Shown one piece after another: positions 41,304-41,358 of a DNA stretch of 41,358 bases. A model generated the notes under the pieces. It was not told where the DNA came from. It did no database searches and was given only the letters and a program-made list of their open reading frames with translations. The DNA is from a virus. The position numbers were made by a program, and so were the translations under genes. The stretch is from positions 1-41,358 of the IMG/VR virus record IMGVR_UViG_3300045988_043014. One strand, written 5' to 3'. Every line of letters begins with the position of its first letter. The stretch's first letter is position 1.

Positions 41304-41358
41304 CATCCATCGGGAAGTTCTGCCTTGCTGAATGTCATCGGAAATTTGAGATAATCGA
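41304..41358. repeat. Exact 55-bp copy of the window start (1-55)
   Basis: See the feature at 1-55. Confidence 0.95.

Noticed and set aside
1-41358. Lysogeny or mobile-element content (integrase, repressor, transposase, att sites).
   Set aside because: No ORF shows integrase, recombinase or transposase motifs. The genome organisation is that of a strictly lytic T7-like phage.

Overview
The window is a complete phage genome, assembled as a circle: bases 1-55 are identical to 41304-41358, leaving about 41.3 kb of unique sequence. It is a T7-like (Autographiviridae-type) podophage. Every credible gene lies on the minus strand, in the classical T7 order read from high to low coordinates. Early genes of unknown function wrap across the window ends (1618-130, then 41254-40847). 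They are followed by the single-subunit RNA polymerase (40692-38071) and a DNA-metabolism block. That block holds a TSCPD protein, SH3/Tudor-repeat proteins, a gp1.7-like kinase domain, a ThyX-like protein, dUTPase, a gp2.5-like SSB, endonuclease I, a gp3.5-like protein, primase-helicase, a class II RNR, DNA polymerase, a 5'-3' exonuclease and a GNAT. The virion block follows: gp6.7/gp7.3-like proteins, portal, scaffold, major capsid, tail tubular A/B, gp13-16-like internal proteins and the tail fibre. Then come a lysis cassette with a GH73 endolysin, the small and large terminase, and one post-terminase gene. All plus-strand ORFs in the track look like antisense shadows. About ten copies of a phage-RNAP promoter family are visible (minus-strand consensus CTAATTGAGACACCTAATAGRGG). 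I also see two intrinsic terminators and a T7-like origin architecture directly after the RNAP gene. Two repeat-rich non-coding hubs (1619-2695 and 3236-3779) probably contain the collapsed physical genome ends. Items worth a second look: (1) the tail-fibre N-terminal domain has no in-frame start and needs a +1 shift next to an A5 run; (2) a tRNA-like element with a non-canonical anticodon arm follows the capsid gene; (3) the gp3.5 amidase homologue appears catalytically dead; (4) the ThyX-like protein has a degenerate RHR motif and sits within a dUTPase/kinase/NrdJ/TSCPD nucleotide module; (5) a CarD-like SH3/Tudor repeat family is fused to a gp1.7-like domain; (6) three perfect 21-bp tandem repeats lie in the RNAP gene leader; (7) nested CTAG-rich inverted repeats surround the post-terminase promoter. 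No integrase, CRISPR array or mobile element was seen. The host is unknown. Strong GGAGG-type SD sequences and a domain-less globular endolysin suggest a diderm, SD-using host.
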